Both the position numbers and the translations under genes were made by a program. From an uncultured Clostridia bacterium (GTDB lineage Bacteria; Bacillota; Clostridia; TANB77; CAG-508): 64,000 nt of DNA. The stretch covers positions 2,239 through 66,238 of the forward strand of contig CANQQQ010000002.1 in assembly GCA_947626025.1 (NCBI GenBank), written 5' to 3'. Position 1 is the first letter of the stretch, and each line of letters opens with the position of its first letter. A model generated the notes under the pieces. It searched no databases, had not been told where the DNA came from, and saw only the letters and a program-made list of their open reading frames with translations. Shown here piece by piece: positions 24,957 through 34,745 of this stretch.

Positions 24957-25355
24957 ATGACTATTAACTTTAATTATGAAACAGCAAACTTAACGGAGCA
25001 AGAGCGGTTAGAAGTTCGCAAACAGCTAAAGGAAAAATTGGACGAACTCGATATGGAGTTGGGACTCATTCCTAATAGCACCTTTTTCTTTGGGATACCA
25101 TTTGACGTTTCACAAATGTCGAGGAAAGAGTTGGATTCTGTTCAGCGTGATGTTACTCTCTTACTGGCGAATGTCCTTATGTGGCTTGAGGATTTACCTC
25201 TCAAGCATCATAATACATCAATGTATGTATTTGATACATATTTCCAGTTCGATAAAATGAGCTACAACGATTTATGGACCTCAAAGAAAGACTGCCTGAA
25301 CTTAGTTCAATTAATTGCTGAAGAGAAAGATGCGCGAAACCATGCTTTTTTTTAA
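24957..25355 (+). CDS. Hypothetical 132-aa protein with GC content clearly above its surroundings.
   Basis: The RBS is caaggaggtaagtattATG. A terminator hairpin follows at 25398-25430. The GC content is roughly 40% against a ~27% background. Confidence 0.5.
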   Translation: MTINFNYETANLTEQERLEVRKQLKEKLDELDMELGLIPNSTFFFGIPFDVSQMSRKELDSVQRDVTLLLANVLMWLEDLPLKHHNTSMYVFDTYFQFDKMSYNDLWTSKKDCLNLVQLIAEEKDARNHAFF

Positions 25356-25426
25356 AATACTCTACTGAATTTCAGTATTGTATTTACCGTAATATAAGGA
25401 CACAGATTTATCTGTGCCCTTATATT

Positions 25427-27019
25427 TTATTCTATTTCTAGATATTCATTGTATGTGCATTCTTTATCTATTATCTTGTCCTTCTTTATATCTATTATTC
25501 TATTTGCCACTGTTTGTGTTAATTGATGGTCATGTGATGTGAATAATATATTTCCTTTAAATTTAATCATTGCTTCGTTTATTGATGTTATGCTTTCCAT
25601 ATCTAAGTGATTTGTAGGTTCATCAAATATTAAGAAATTTGCTCCTGACAACATTAGTTTTGATAGTACACATCTAACTTTTTCTCCACCTGATAGCACT
25701 TTCACTTTTTTTAGTGCTTCTTCTCCAGAAAATAACATTCTACCAAGGAACCCTCTAACATAAGTTTCGTCTGGATCTTTTGAATATTGTCTTAACCAAT
25801 CTGTAATACTCACATCTTGCTCAAACAAATAGTTATTATCTTTTGGAAAATATGCATGTGATATTGTAGTTCCCCAAGTTATTGTTCCTGAATCAGGTTC
25901 TACTTCTCCTGCAATTATTTGAAATAATATAGTTTTAGCTAGTTCATTGTCTGCTAAAAATGCAATTTTATCATCACTCTTAACTGTAAATGATATATTA
26001 TCTAATATTTTTTCTCCATTTACAGTTTTTGTGATATTCTCTACTTTCAATATTTCTTTTCCTGGTTCTCTATCTGGTTTAAAGTCTATATATGGATATT
26101 TTCTATTAGATGGTTTAATTTCCTCTAATTCAATTTTCTCTAATGATTTTTTTCTTGATGTCGCTTGCTTTGATTTTGAAGCATTAGCACTAAATCTTGC
26201 AATGAATTCTTGCAATTCTTTTATTTTTTCTTCTTTCTTCTTATTTGCATCTTTGGCTTGTTTTAATGCTAATTGACTAGATTCATACCAAAAGTCATAA
26301 TTTCCTGGATATACAGTTATTTTTCCAAAGTCTACATCTGCAATATGTGTACAAACTTTGTTTAGGAAATATCTATCGTGTGATACGACAATTACTGTAT
26401 TTTCAAAATTTATTAAAAATTCTTGCAACCAGTCTATTGTTTTCAAGTCTAAATCGTTGGTAGGCTCGTCCAAAAGTAATATATCAGGGTTTCCAAATAA
26501 ACTTTGAGCTAATAGTACTTTTACTTTATCTTTTGCTTCAATTTCTCTCATATACTTATCATGTAATCCACTTAATATTCCTAAATCATTTAATAGTGTC
26601 GCTGCATCCGCTTCTGCATTCCAACCATCTAACTCTGCAAATCTTTCCTCTAGCTTTGCCGCTTTCATTCCATCTTCTTCTGAAAAATCTGGCTTTGCAT
26701 AAATTTCTTCTTTTTCTTTCATTATTTTGTATAGTTCTTCATTTCCCATAATTACTGTATCTAGAACTTTATAATCTTCAAAAGCAAAGTGGTCTTGTTT
26801 TAAAACAGAAACTCTTTCAGTTTTATCATGAGTAACTTCTCCTTTGCTAGGTTCTATTTCTCCTGATAGCACTTTTAAAAATGTAGATTTTCCTGCGCCA
26901 TTTGCCCCTATAATTCCGTAACAGTTTCCTTTTCCAAATCTAATATTTACATCTTCAAATAAAACTCTTTTTCCAAATCTTATTGTAACTCCTGTTGAAA
27001 CTAGCATTCTAACTCTCAT
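25427..27019 (-). CDS. ABC-F family ATPase with two ABC cassettes, a linker and no TMD. It is possibly an antibiotic-resistance-type ribosome protection protein. The likely start is the second Met, at 27007.
   Basis: There are two Walker A motifs (GANGAGKST and a second cassette), two ABC signatures (LSGGEKVR) and Walker B LLLDEPTNDLD. A charged linker of about 80 aa (KKKEEKIKELQEFIARFSANASKSKQATSRKKSLEK) separates the cassettes. The 5' leader is about 75 nt and carries a 10-bp hairpin. Confidence 0.85.
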   Translation of the reverse strand: MRVRMLVSTGVTIRFGKRVLFEDVNIRFGKGNCYGIIGANGAGKSTFLKVLSGEIEPSKGEVTHDKTERVSVLKQDHFAFEDYKVLDTVIMGNEELYKIMKEKEEIYAKPDFSEEDGMKAAKLEERFAELDGWNAEADAATLLNDLGILSGLHDKYMREIEAKDKVKVLLAQSLFGNPDILLLDEPTNDLDLKTIDWLQEFLINFENTVIVVSHDRYFLNKVCTHIADVDFGKITVYPGNYDFWYESSQLALKQAKDANKKKEEKIKELQEFIARFSANASKSKQATSRKKSLEKIELEEIKPSNRKYPYIDFKPDREPGKEILKVENITKTVNGEKILDNISFTVKSDDKIAFLADNELAKTILFQIIAGEVEPDSGTITWGTTISHAYFPKDNNYLFEQDVSITDWLRQYSKDPDETYVRGFLGRMLFSGEEALKKVKVLSGGEKVRCVLSKLMLSGANFLIFDEPTNHLDMESITSINEAMIKFKGNILFTSHDHQLTQTVANRIIDIKKDKIIDKECTYNEYLEIE

Positions 27020-27095
27020 TCCTTTCTGCGTAAATCTAGAGTGAAAACATAGTATTTTTCACTCTAAATCGCTTCACTATTTTCATAATGTGCAT

Positions 27096-27124
27096 ATTAT
27101 ACAATATTTTTTCTTATTTGTAAA
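27096..27124 (-). promoter_or_regulatory. Putative sigma-A promoter of the ABC-F gene (-35 TTTACA, 17-nt spacer, -10 TATAAT, mRNA sense).
   Basis: Plus-strand tgtaaa at 27119-27124 and attata at 27096-27101. This is a sequence match only. Confidence 0.35.
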
Positions 27125-27212
27125 TAATTTGTAATTCTCAAACTTATTATAAATATTTAGTTTATACTACTGAGTCTAACTAAAAGTCCATGTTTAATCT
27201 AATTAATATTAC

Positions 27213-27881
27213 TTAAAAAATAATTTTTAGAATTATATTATTGTCGTACATCATTTTTCCTATTTTAGATGAATTTATTGCTTCTAAAATTGCTGAATTT
27301 TCAAGTGTTGGTGAAAAAATAGATAATATTGCTAGTAATATGTATATAATAAGTAGTCCTTGTAATACCCCATATATTGCTCCGCCCAATTTGTTGAACT
27401 GACCTATAATTGGCAACTTTGAAATAAATTTTGCTAATACTTTTACAAATATCAATAATATTTTTGATACTATAAATACTAATATTCCTACACCTATTTT
27501 TATTAAATTATCTGCAACTGTTTCTGACACATTATTGATTATATCTTTTTCTGTTTGTTCTACATGCTGTTTTTCCTGTTCTATAAAACTATTTATATAA
27601 TCAGTCATAACTTTTGGTGAATTATCTTCAGTCTCTTGTTTTTCTTCATCATTAATAACGTAAGATGCAACTGTTCCACTAATAGCTTCTTTTAACGTTG
27701 GTTGTATTGTGGTATTTTTTATTATAAAATTAGATATTGGTGTATATAATAAAAATGCTATTACCAATGCTATTAAAAATCCAAGAATATTTACTCCTAC
27801 TCCTATTAAGCCCTTTTTGTATCCTAAGAAAATGCATAATAACATAATTGCTAGTATTATAATATCTACTATAAACGCCAT
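27213..27881 (-). CDS. CvpA-family membrane protein.
   Basis: An N-terminal membrane region (IVDIIILAIMLLCIFLGYKKGLIGVGVNILGFLIALVIAF) typical of CvpA, followed by a hydrophobic C-terminal region. Confidence 0.55.
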   Translation of the reverse strand: MAFIVDIIILAIMLLCIFLGYKKGLIGVGVNILGFLIALVIAFLLYTPISNFIIKNTTIQPTLKEAISGTVASYVINDEEKQETEDNSPKVMTDYINSFIEQEKQHVEQTEKDIINNVSETVADNLIKIGVGILVFIVSKILLIFVKVLAKFISKLPIIGQFNKLGGAIYGVLQGLLIIYILLAILSIFSPTLENSAILEAINSSKIGKMMYDNNIILKIIF

Positions 27882-27896
27882 TTTATATCCTCCGTT

Positions 27897-29114
27897 CTAT
27901 AGATTTATTATTTCTATTCTATCTCTGTATACAATACCCGCTATTGAACTTCCTAGTGCAATATCAGATATTTCTTGACTAGTTCTATATTTTTTCTGTA
28001 ACCATCCCAAAGTATTTATGAACTCTGCTTCTGAACCTAAATTTATTGCTATATTTGAATCATATACTTGCAATGCCTTTACTGTACTATCTACTTCATA
28101 TTTAATTTCATTATTGTTATAAATATTTTTTATTATTATGTTTGTACTTGTACTAAATAGTCCATTTGACTTCTCTAAAGCATATACAATATTATTTTTA
28201 TTTTTTATTTCTGCCATTATTGTTTTGTTTTCAAATTTTAATACTTCTGTATCTTGACCTTTTTCTATTGAGTGAATACTATTATCATAAATACATATCA
28301 GTTTTTCCTTATCTTGATATTTAATGTTTGTAATTAAATCTCCCTCATTTGCTGATATACTGTATTCGACAGAATTTGTTGGATCACTATTTGCTTTTTC
28401 TATAGAAATTATTTTAATATTTGATTGTATTATAGCTTTACTAGTATCAACTTCTGCTATTGCTAAATATTTATTATTTTCAGATATATCTGTTGCTATT
28501 GCTATACTTGAAGAAAGATATGTTTTAAATAATTCTTTCCCATCTGTATTAAATATAATAACTATGTTTTTATATGAAGTTCCTTTTTCTATCACTGATA
28601 CATATCCATTATTATTGACATTTATTTCTTCTATTTCTCCTTCTACTGAACTTTGCCATAAAATATTTCCACCAGATATCAAATAAATATTATTTCCTTT
28701 TTTTTCTGCAATGCATAAATATCTATTATTCGAACTATAAATTGGGTTACTAACATTTATTTCTATTTCTTCTGTTTTATTTCCGTTTGATCCATATAGA
28801 GATAATATATTTTTTTCAAGTACTGTTATATATTTATCATATGCATACACACTTGGGTTATTTGACGAGTCTATTTCAATATATGTAATATCTGTGTTTT
28901 CTATATTCTTTCTAAGAATATACGTATTTATCCATTCCCTTATACTTCTATTATTTATGTATAATACAATTACAACTATTAAAACTACAATAATTGCTAA
29001 AACTATTCCTATTCCAATTTTTCTTTTCATTGTCAGTTTTTCTTTATACTTGTTAAAGTCTATAATGCCCATTTGTTTCATCTCCTTGAAATAAGTATGT
29101 ATAAATTTTATCAA
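27897..29114 (-). CDS. Membrane-anchored hypothetical protein (DUF5711-like, repeat-rich extracytoplasmic domain).
   Basis: There is a single N-terminal TM helix (KIGIGIVLAIIVVLIVVIVLYI) followed by repeated beta-rich segments. The true start is probably MKRKIG. Confidence 0.45.
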   Translation of the reverse strand: MIKFIHTYFKEMKQMGIIDFNKYKEKLTMKRKIGIGIVLAIIVVLIVVIVLYINNRSIREWINTYILRKNIENTDITYIEIDSSNNPSVYAYDKYITVLEKNILSLYGSNGNKTEEIEINVSNPIYSSNNRYLCIAEKKGNNIYLISGGNILWQSSVEGEIEEINVNNNGYVSVIEKGTSYKNIVIIFNTDGKELFKTYLSSSIAIATDISENNKYLAIAEVDTSKAIIQSNIKIISIEKANSDPTNSVEYSISANEGDLITNIKYQDKEKLICIYDNSIHSIEKGQDTEVLKFENKTIMAEIKNKNNIVYALEKSNGLFSTSTNIIIKNIYNNNEIKYEVDSTVKALQVYDSNIAINLGSEAEFINTLGWLQKKYRTSQEISDIALGSSIAGIVYRDRIEIINL

Positions 29115-29156
29115 ATATAAAAAAAATAGACAATAGTTTTTTATTAATATAATTAA

Positions 29157-30183
29157 TCACTTAAATAATAAAATGGTAATTATTTGAAACAATCCTATAA
29201 TACCAAAAATAGGATAGATTACATTTACTAAATTTGCAAATCCTACTAGAGATATTGGGATACCTAATGTACACATTACAACATTCATAATTTTATATAT
29301 CTTTTTATTATTTTTGCTTATATTTGTTAAGAAATTATATCCTTCTGAAATTGCTGTTGTAAAAATTGCTATTAAAATAATTATACTATATAAAATTTTA
29401 TATAATCTTCCAAACTTATTTGCAATATACAACATAGGTATTTCTACTTGACTATTCATATTTATTAGTAACAAATAGATAATCATTGCAAGCATCATAA
29501 ATATTGTAGCCGTAAGAATTGCTACCTTTAAGCAATCTTTTTTACTACCCAAATATTTACTCATTATTCCTGTTAAACCTATTAGAGTTATACTATTATA
29601 ACTTGTATATATAATTCCACTAAAAATCCATAGAAAATTATTATTTATTTTTATTATATTTTTATTTTCTATATTATTAATATTATTTATTCCAAAAAAA
29701 ATAAAAATAATAATTATTATTGGTATAAGAATTGTATTTATTTGTATGATTTTTTCCGCATTTTTATTAAATGTAATATAGCATAAAACAACTAGAAATA
29801 CAGCACTTATCACTTTATTTATGTAATATTCCTGATAAAAGTAAGCAGAGAATCCAGCTATCATTATATAAAATGAACTTATTAAAAATATATTTATTAT
29901 TATTTTTATTATATTTTTTATTATTTTATTATTTATTATTTTATTTAATAATTCATCATAATTATTTAAATTATATTTTTTTGATATTAGTAAAGTTTTA
30001 TAAATAATCACTCCTAAAAATATCGAAGCTATGGCTATTCCAAAAATTCCCCATACTCCAAACGAATAGAAAAAAGAATATATCTCTTGCCCGAGATGCA
30101 AATCCTGCTCCAATTATTATTCCTATTATTGCAAATGTTATTTTAATAATATTTATCATTAAACTTATCTTCCCTTCAGGCAA
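29157..30183 (-). pseudogene. YkvI-like membrane protein (GAGFASGQEI signature family), interrupted by a +1 frameshift at about 30093.
   Basis: Track ORFs 29998..30183 (...IIIGAGFASRARDIFFF) and 29157..30113 (...GQEIYSFFYSFGVWGIFGIAIAS...) overlap. Deleting one C in gca-tct-cgg-gca restores ...IGAGFASGQEIYSFF..., the conserved N-terminal motif of this transporter family. Confidence 0.55.
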
Positions 30184-30253
30184 AAATATAGATTATTTTT
30201 CACACAAAAAAATCACCATACTTATTTTATGGTGATTTTTTTATTTTATGACT

Positions 30254-31717
30254 TTATTTTCTACGTTTTCTCATTATCCAAATAACAAATCCTACAAGTA
30301 TTATAATTACAGGGAAGCCAAAGATTATTATCCTTACCACTAAATCTTCTGCTTCAGTTGGTGTATATGTAACTGTAGAATATGTTTTTCTTATTGCAAT
30401 TGTATCTGTCCTTTCCGTTAAATATGATATTGAGTTTAATACTAAATCTTCATTATTATAAAAATATATTGCACTAGATGATTCGTCATTTATTGTTATT
30501 GGATAATCTGTTGCAAATAAACTATTCGCATATACTATTAAATTAGAAACTACGCTATTTTCTTCACTACTTTCTATTGTTTTTGTTGCTAACGCTCCTA
30601 TTACATAAGATTTAACTGTTTCGTCATTTGCAGGAGTTGACGAAGTTACTGTGAAATTTGATCTATAAAATGATTGTTCACTCGTCGTTAGTAGTGGAGT
30701 TACTGTTACTCCTAATTCTGATAACTTTTCTTCATTTTCAAATTCTATTTTTCCTGAATCTATAAATAATACCTTTCCACTTGGAGAAATTGCATTTGTA
30801 ATTTCTGATTCAGTACTTAGTGTAGGAAGTATTAAATCTTGTGTTCTCACAAGCATTGTTGATGGATCTTGCTCTAAAATAATTCCATCATTTGAAACAT
30901 TAACTCCATATACATCTAATATTTTTCCTATATTATCTAAGGCTCCTCTATTTGAAAAATCTGAAAGCCATAATATATCTCCACCATTATTAATATATTT
31001 TATAATTAAATCTGTTTCAAAATCTGTAAAATCTGTATCTGGGGATGCTATTATTAACGTTTCGCAATCTTCAGGTATTTCATTTCTAACCAATAAATCT
31101 AATTCTTCGACTTCATTTACTTCACTTTTTAGATCTTCTGTCAATGTCATAAAATAATCATTCATTCCATATTCACTATGTCCTGTTAAAAAGTATATTT
31201 TTGGCGTACTCTGTAAAGTAACCCCTAATATTGAATTAGTCATCTTTTGCTCTGTTAAATCAATTTGTTCATAAGTTGTATAATTATATGTAAAGAAGTC
31301 ATAATCGTCTGCTTTTATACTTCTTCCCTCGCAAGCAAATACTACTATTCCATATTCTGCATTTGACTCAACATTATATTGTTCAGCCAAATCAGGTCTA
31401 GACTGTGCAGATACAACTTCAACTTTTATATTATCTTTATATTTTGCATATTGTTTTGCTAAATCTACTATAGAAGAATTCTCCTCATATCCAAACATGT
31501 AGATATTTATCTCATTATCAATATTTTTCAACTGATTTTTTGATTCTTCAGATAAACTATAAAACCTCTCACTTGTTAAATCTATATCTGTTATATCTAA
31601 TGCTTTTACTCCTAAATTTATTGCTAAATATATTGCAATTATAATTGCAATTAAAAGAATCGTAAAACTTGTTTCCCTTAACCATTTATTTTTTATTATT
31701 TCTAGTATTTTTTTCAA
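30254..31717 (-). CDS. GldG-like auxiliary component of an ABC-2 transporter.
   Basis: An N-terminal TM anchor plus a large extracytoplasmic domain and a C-terminal TM helix. The gene sits with an ABC-2 permease and an ATPase in an apparent operon. Confidence 0.55.
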   Translation of the reverse strand: MKKILEIIKNKWLRETSFTILLIAIIIAIYLAINLGVKALDITDIDLTSERFYSLSEESKNQLKNIDNEINIYMFGYEENSSIVDLAKQYAKYKDNIKVEVVSAQSRPDLAEQYNVESNAEYGIVVFACEGRSIKADDYDFFTYNYTTYEQIDLTEQKMTNSILGVTLQSTPKIYFLTGHSEYGMNDYFMTLTEDLKSEVNEVEELDLLVRNEIPEDCETLIIASPDTDFTDFETDLIIKYINNGGDILWLSDFSNRGALDNIGKILDVYGVNVSNDGIILEQDPSTMLVRTQDLILPTLSTESEITNAISPSGKVLFIDSGKIEFENEEKLSELGVTVTPLLTTSEQSFYRSNFTVTSSTPANDETVKSYVIGALATKTIESSEENSVVSNLIVYANSLFATDYPITINDESSSAIYFYNNEDLVLNSISYLTERTDTIAIRKTYSTVTYTPTEAEDLVVRIIIFGFPVIIILVGFVIWIMRKRRK

Positions 31718-31732
31718 TTCTATCTCACCTCA

Positions 31733-32413
31733 TTATTTTAAATTTTTTCTTCTTTGAAGAATAATTATTGTTAGTATAATGCACATTATTGTAAATGTAA
31801 CTAATGCTATTGTTTCCTCAACAGGAATAATTCCTTCTACAAATTTTTCATATAGGCCCATAAAAGATATCATTGAAAATTTATCTGATAAATTTGTAAT
31901 ATACATTGATGCAAAGAAAAATGCAAATGTAATAATATATGCAATAATTGGTTGATTTGTTATACTAGAAGCTAGTTCACCAAAAGATATATACGCCATC
32001 GTCAACAATAAAAATCCTATCAATGTAGTTCCTAAAGTTGATAAATCTGGTGTTCCAAAGTGACTTATTATAGCTAAATATACAAAAGAGAATATTTCAG
32101 TAGCTATAACAACTACTATTGCTGATAAAAACTTTCCTAATACTATTCCTGTTATACTCTTAGGAGAAGTCATTATTAATTGATCTGTTCCGTTTTTTCT
32201 TTCTCCAGCAAACATATTCATTGTTAATATTGCTATTATATATGTTAAAATAACTGCACTATCAAAAAATACATATGAAAAGTTTAAGATTCCCGGATAA
32301 TATGTATATCTGTAAAAAATTATACTAGATACTTCTAAAAACAATCCTATAAAAACATATCCTATTGGAGTAAAAAAGTATGTCTTTAGTTCTTTTTTTA
32401 ATACGGCTAACAT
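31733..32413 (-). CDS. ABC-2 family transporter permease.
   Basis: A 226-aa protein with six TM helices, next to the ABC ATPase. Confidence 0.7.
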   Translation of the reverse strand: MLAVLKKELKTYFFTPIGYVFIGLFLEVSSIIFYRYTYYPGILNFSYVFFDSAVILTYIIAILTMNMFAGERKNGTDQLIMTSPKSITGIVLGKFLSAIVVVIATEIFSFVYLAIISHFGTPDLSTLGTTLIGFLLLTMAYISFGELASSITNQPIIAYIITFAFFFASMYITNLSDKFSMISFMGLYEKFVEGIIPVEETIALVTFTIMCIILTIIILQRRKNLK

Positions 32414-33444
32414 TAATTTTTACCTCCTTCTTCTATAGAATCTTCCTCATTTTTCTTTTTCATTTCCTTAATTACTTCTTCTTCATTTTCGTTATTTTCT
32501 TCATCTATACTATAATTATTTATTAATTGTAAGAAAGCATCTTCTAATGTTGCTTCTGTTTTCTTTAACTCTAATATTGTTATTTCATTCTTTGCAAAAT
32601 TTTCAGCAATCTCTTTTCTTATATCCTTATTATCTTTTGCAAATATTGCATATTGTTTTGTTCCATCGGAATTTTCATTTACTAATTTTATTTCTTTTAT
32701 ATCAGTTATCTTCTCTACTACCTCATCTATCTTATTGTCATTATCTTCTACTGTTACTGTTAATATATTTTTATCACTTACTTTGTCCTCTAAGTTTTTA
32801 GGTGTATCAATAGCTAAAATTTTGCCTTTATCTATTATCATAACTCTTTCGCATATTTGACTTACTTCTGATAAAATATGTGAACTTAATAAAACTGTAT
32901 GGTCTTTTCTTAATGATTTTATTAAATCTCTAATTTGTTTTACTTGTTGTGGGTCTAATCCTACAGTTGGTTCATCTAATATTAAAACTTTAGGATTTCC
33001 AATAAGTGCTCCTGCCATACTTACACGTTGTTTATAGCCTCTTGATAAATGTCTATTTAGTGTATTTTGGACTTCCTTTAAACCAGTTTCTTCAATTACT
33101 CTTTGTACCTCTTCTTTTTTCTGTTTTCTTTTAACTCCCTTTAAGTCTGCCATATAATCTACAAACTCTTTTACAGTTAAATCATTATAAATAGGTACTG
33201 CTTCTGGCATATATCCTATTTGTTTTTTTGCCTTTTTAGGCTTTTTATTCATGTCATATCCATCTATTTCTATTCTTCCCTCTGTAGGTTCAATATAGCC
33301 TGTTATCATATTCATAGTTGTTGTTTTGCCTGCACCGTTTTTGCCAAGAAAACCTACAATTTCCCCTTCTTTAATGTCAAATTTAATATTATTTACCGCT
33401 GTGAAGCTACCATATTTTTTTGTAACATTTTCTACCTTAATCAA
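32413..33444 (-). CDS. ABC transporter ATP-binding protein.
   Basis: Walker A GKNGAGKTT, signature LSRGYKQRV, Walker B LILDEPTVGLD, and a C-terminal accessory domain. Confidence 0.9.
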   Translation of the reverse strand: MIKVENVTKKYGSFTAVNNIKFDIKEGEIVGFLGKNGAGKTTTMNMITGYIEPTEGRIEIDGYDMNKKPKKAKKQIGYMPEAVPIYNDLTVKEFVDYMADLKGVKRKQKKEEVQRVIEETGLKEVQNTLNRHLSRGYKQRVSMAGALIGNPKVLILDEPTVGLDPQQVKQIRDLIKSLRKDHTVLLSSHILSEVSQICERVMIIDKGKILAIDTPKNLEDKVSDKNILTVTVEDNDNKIDEVVEKITDIKEIKLVNENSDGTKQYAIFAKDNKDIRKEIAENFAKNEITILELKKTEATLEDAFLQLINNYSIDEENNENEEEVIKEMKKKNEEDSIEEGGKN

Positions 33445-33643
33445 TTTTATTTCCTCCTATAAAATTTGATATTAAAATATTATCACGCTTGTATTGTCTT
33501 TGCAATACATTTCACAAAAAATTTACAGTTTTCTTACGGAAATAATAATTAGGAGACATTATGTGACATTTTATAAATTTATAACAAATTTCTTATAACC
33601 ACTTGACTTCATATGATTTTTGTGTTATTATATTTAAGCATTA

Positions 33644-33720
<77 letters not shown>

Positions 33721-33825
33721 AAAGCAATCTTATACGAACCCTGTATAAGTTAATCCACCATATTATTAATTCGTATAAAATTGATAATATGGTGGATTTA
33801 TTATATTAAAAAGGTGATAATAATT

Positions 33826-34221
33826 ATGAATAATATAGATTTAATGAATTACTGGATTGAAAGTTCTGATAGAGATTATGAATCAATGAAAAAAAACTTT
33901 GAAACGAAACAATATACTTGGTCATTATTTTTCGGACATTTAACTATAGAAAAATTATTAAAAGCATTATATGCTAAAGTAAACAAAGATAATCCATATC
34001 CACCTAAAATTCATAATTTAGTTATATTAGCCAAAAGATGTAATATTGCACTAGATGAAAAAAAGACTACAATATTAATTACATGTAATTCATTTAATAT
34101 CAGTGCAAGATATGAAGATTATAAAGATGAATTTTATAAAAGATGTACAGAAGCATATACTTATGAGCAGATAAAAAATATTGAGGAGGTTAGAACATGG
34201 CTAAAGGAAATGTTGATATAG
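33826..34221 (+). CDS. HEPN-domain protein, the toxin-type partner of a HEPN/MNT pair.
   Basis: FFGHLTIEKLLKALYAK...KIHNLVILAKRC is a HEPN-family (pfam05168-like) helical domain. It overlaps the downstream nucleotidyltransferase gene by 25 nt. The RBS is aaaaaggtgataataattATG. Confidence 0.65.
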   Translation: MNNIDLMNYWIESSDRDYESMKKNFETKQYTWSLFFGHLTIEKLLKALYAKVNKDNPYPPKIHNLVILAKRCNIALDEKKTTILITCNSFNISARYEDYKDEFYKRCTEAYTYEQIKNIEEVRTWLKEMLI

Positions 34222-34514
34222 AAATTCTAAAAAACATAGAAGAATATATTAAAGAAATATCAAAGCATTATAGCATTAAAGCAGTATATTTATTTGGCTC
34301 TTATGCTAAGGGAACAAACACTGAAGATAGTGATATAGATGTAGCAATTATTATTAATAGTGATAATAATGTTTTTGATTTAATGGTTGAACTTATGATG
34401 TTAACACAAAATATAGATTTAAGAATAGAACCACATCCTATAAAGGTAGAAGACTTTGAAGAAGGAAATCCTTTTGTTCAAGAAATAATTGATACAGGAA
34501 TAAAAGTAGCATAG
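34197..34514 (+). CDS. Minimal nucleotidyltransferase (MNT) domain protein, the antitoxin-type partner.
   Basis: LFGSYAKGTNTEDSDIDVAII carries the GS...DxD nucleotidyltransferase signature. Confidence 0.8.
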   Translation: MAKGNVDIEILKNIEEYIKEISKHYSIKAVYLFGSYAKGTNTEDSDIDVAIIINSDNNVFDLMVELMMLTQNIDLRIEPHPIKVEDFEEGNPFVQEIIDTGIKVA

Positions 34515-34551
34515 TAAACAATAATTGAATAGAGAAGGAATAATATTTTTT

Positions 34552-34707
34552 ATGGAAAATTATATAAGAGTTGGAATAGGTGTAATGATTTTAAACGGAA
34601 ATAAAATATTATTAGGACATAGAGCCAAAAACAAAAAAGATACTGGTGGAATTTTCGAAGTTAATATATTTATTAATTTTTTCTCTACAATTTACATTTT
34701 ATATTAA
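34552..34707 (+). pseudogene. N-terminal remnant of a NUDIX hydrolase.
   Basis: MENYIRVGIGVMILNGNKILLGHRAKNKK matches the NUDIX N-terminal strand (VGVGxxIxNxxxxxLLxxR). The frame terminates before the NUDIX box, and only about 195 nt are available before the next gene. Confidence 0.4.
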
Positions 34708-34745
34708 TAAACAATATTGCATGGGAAAGGAGAAAGCAAAATAAT

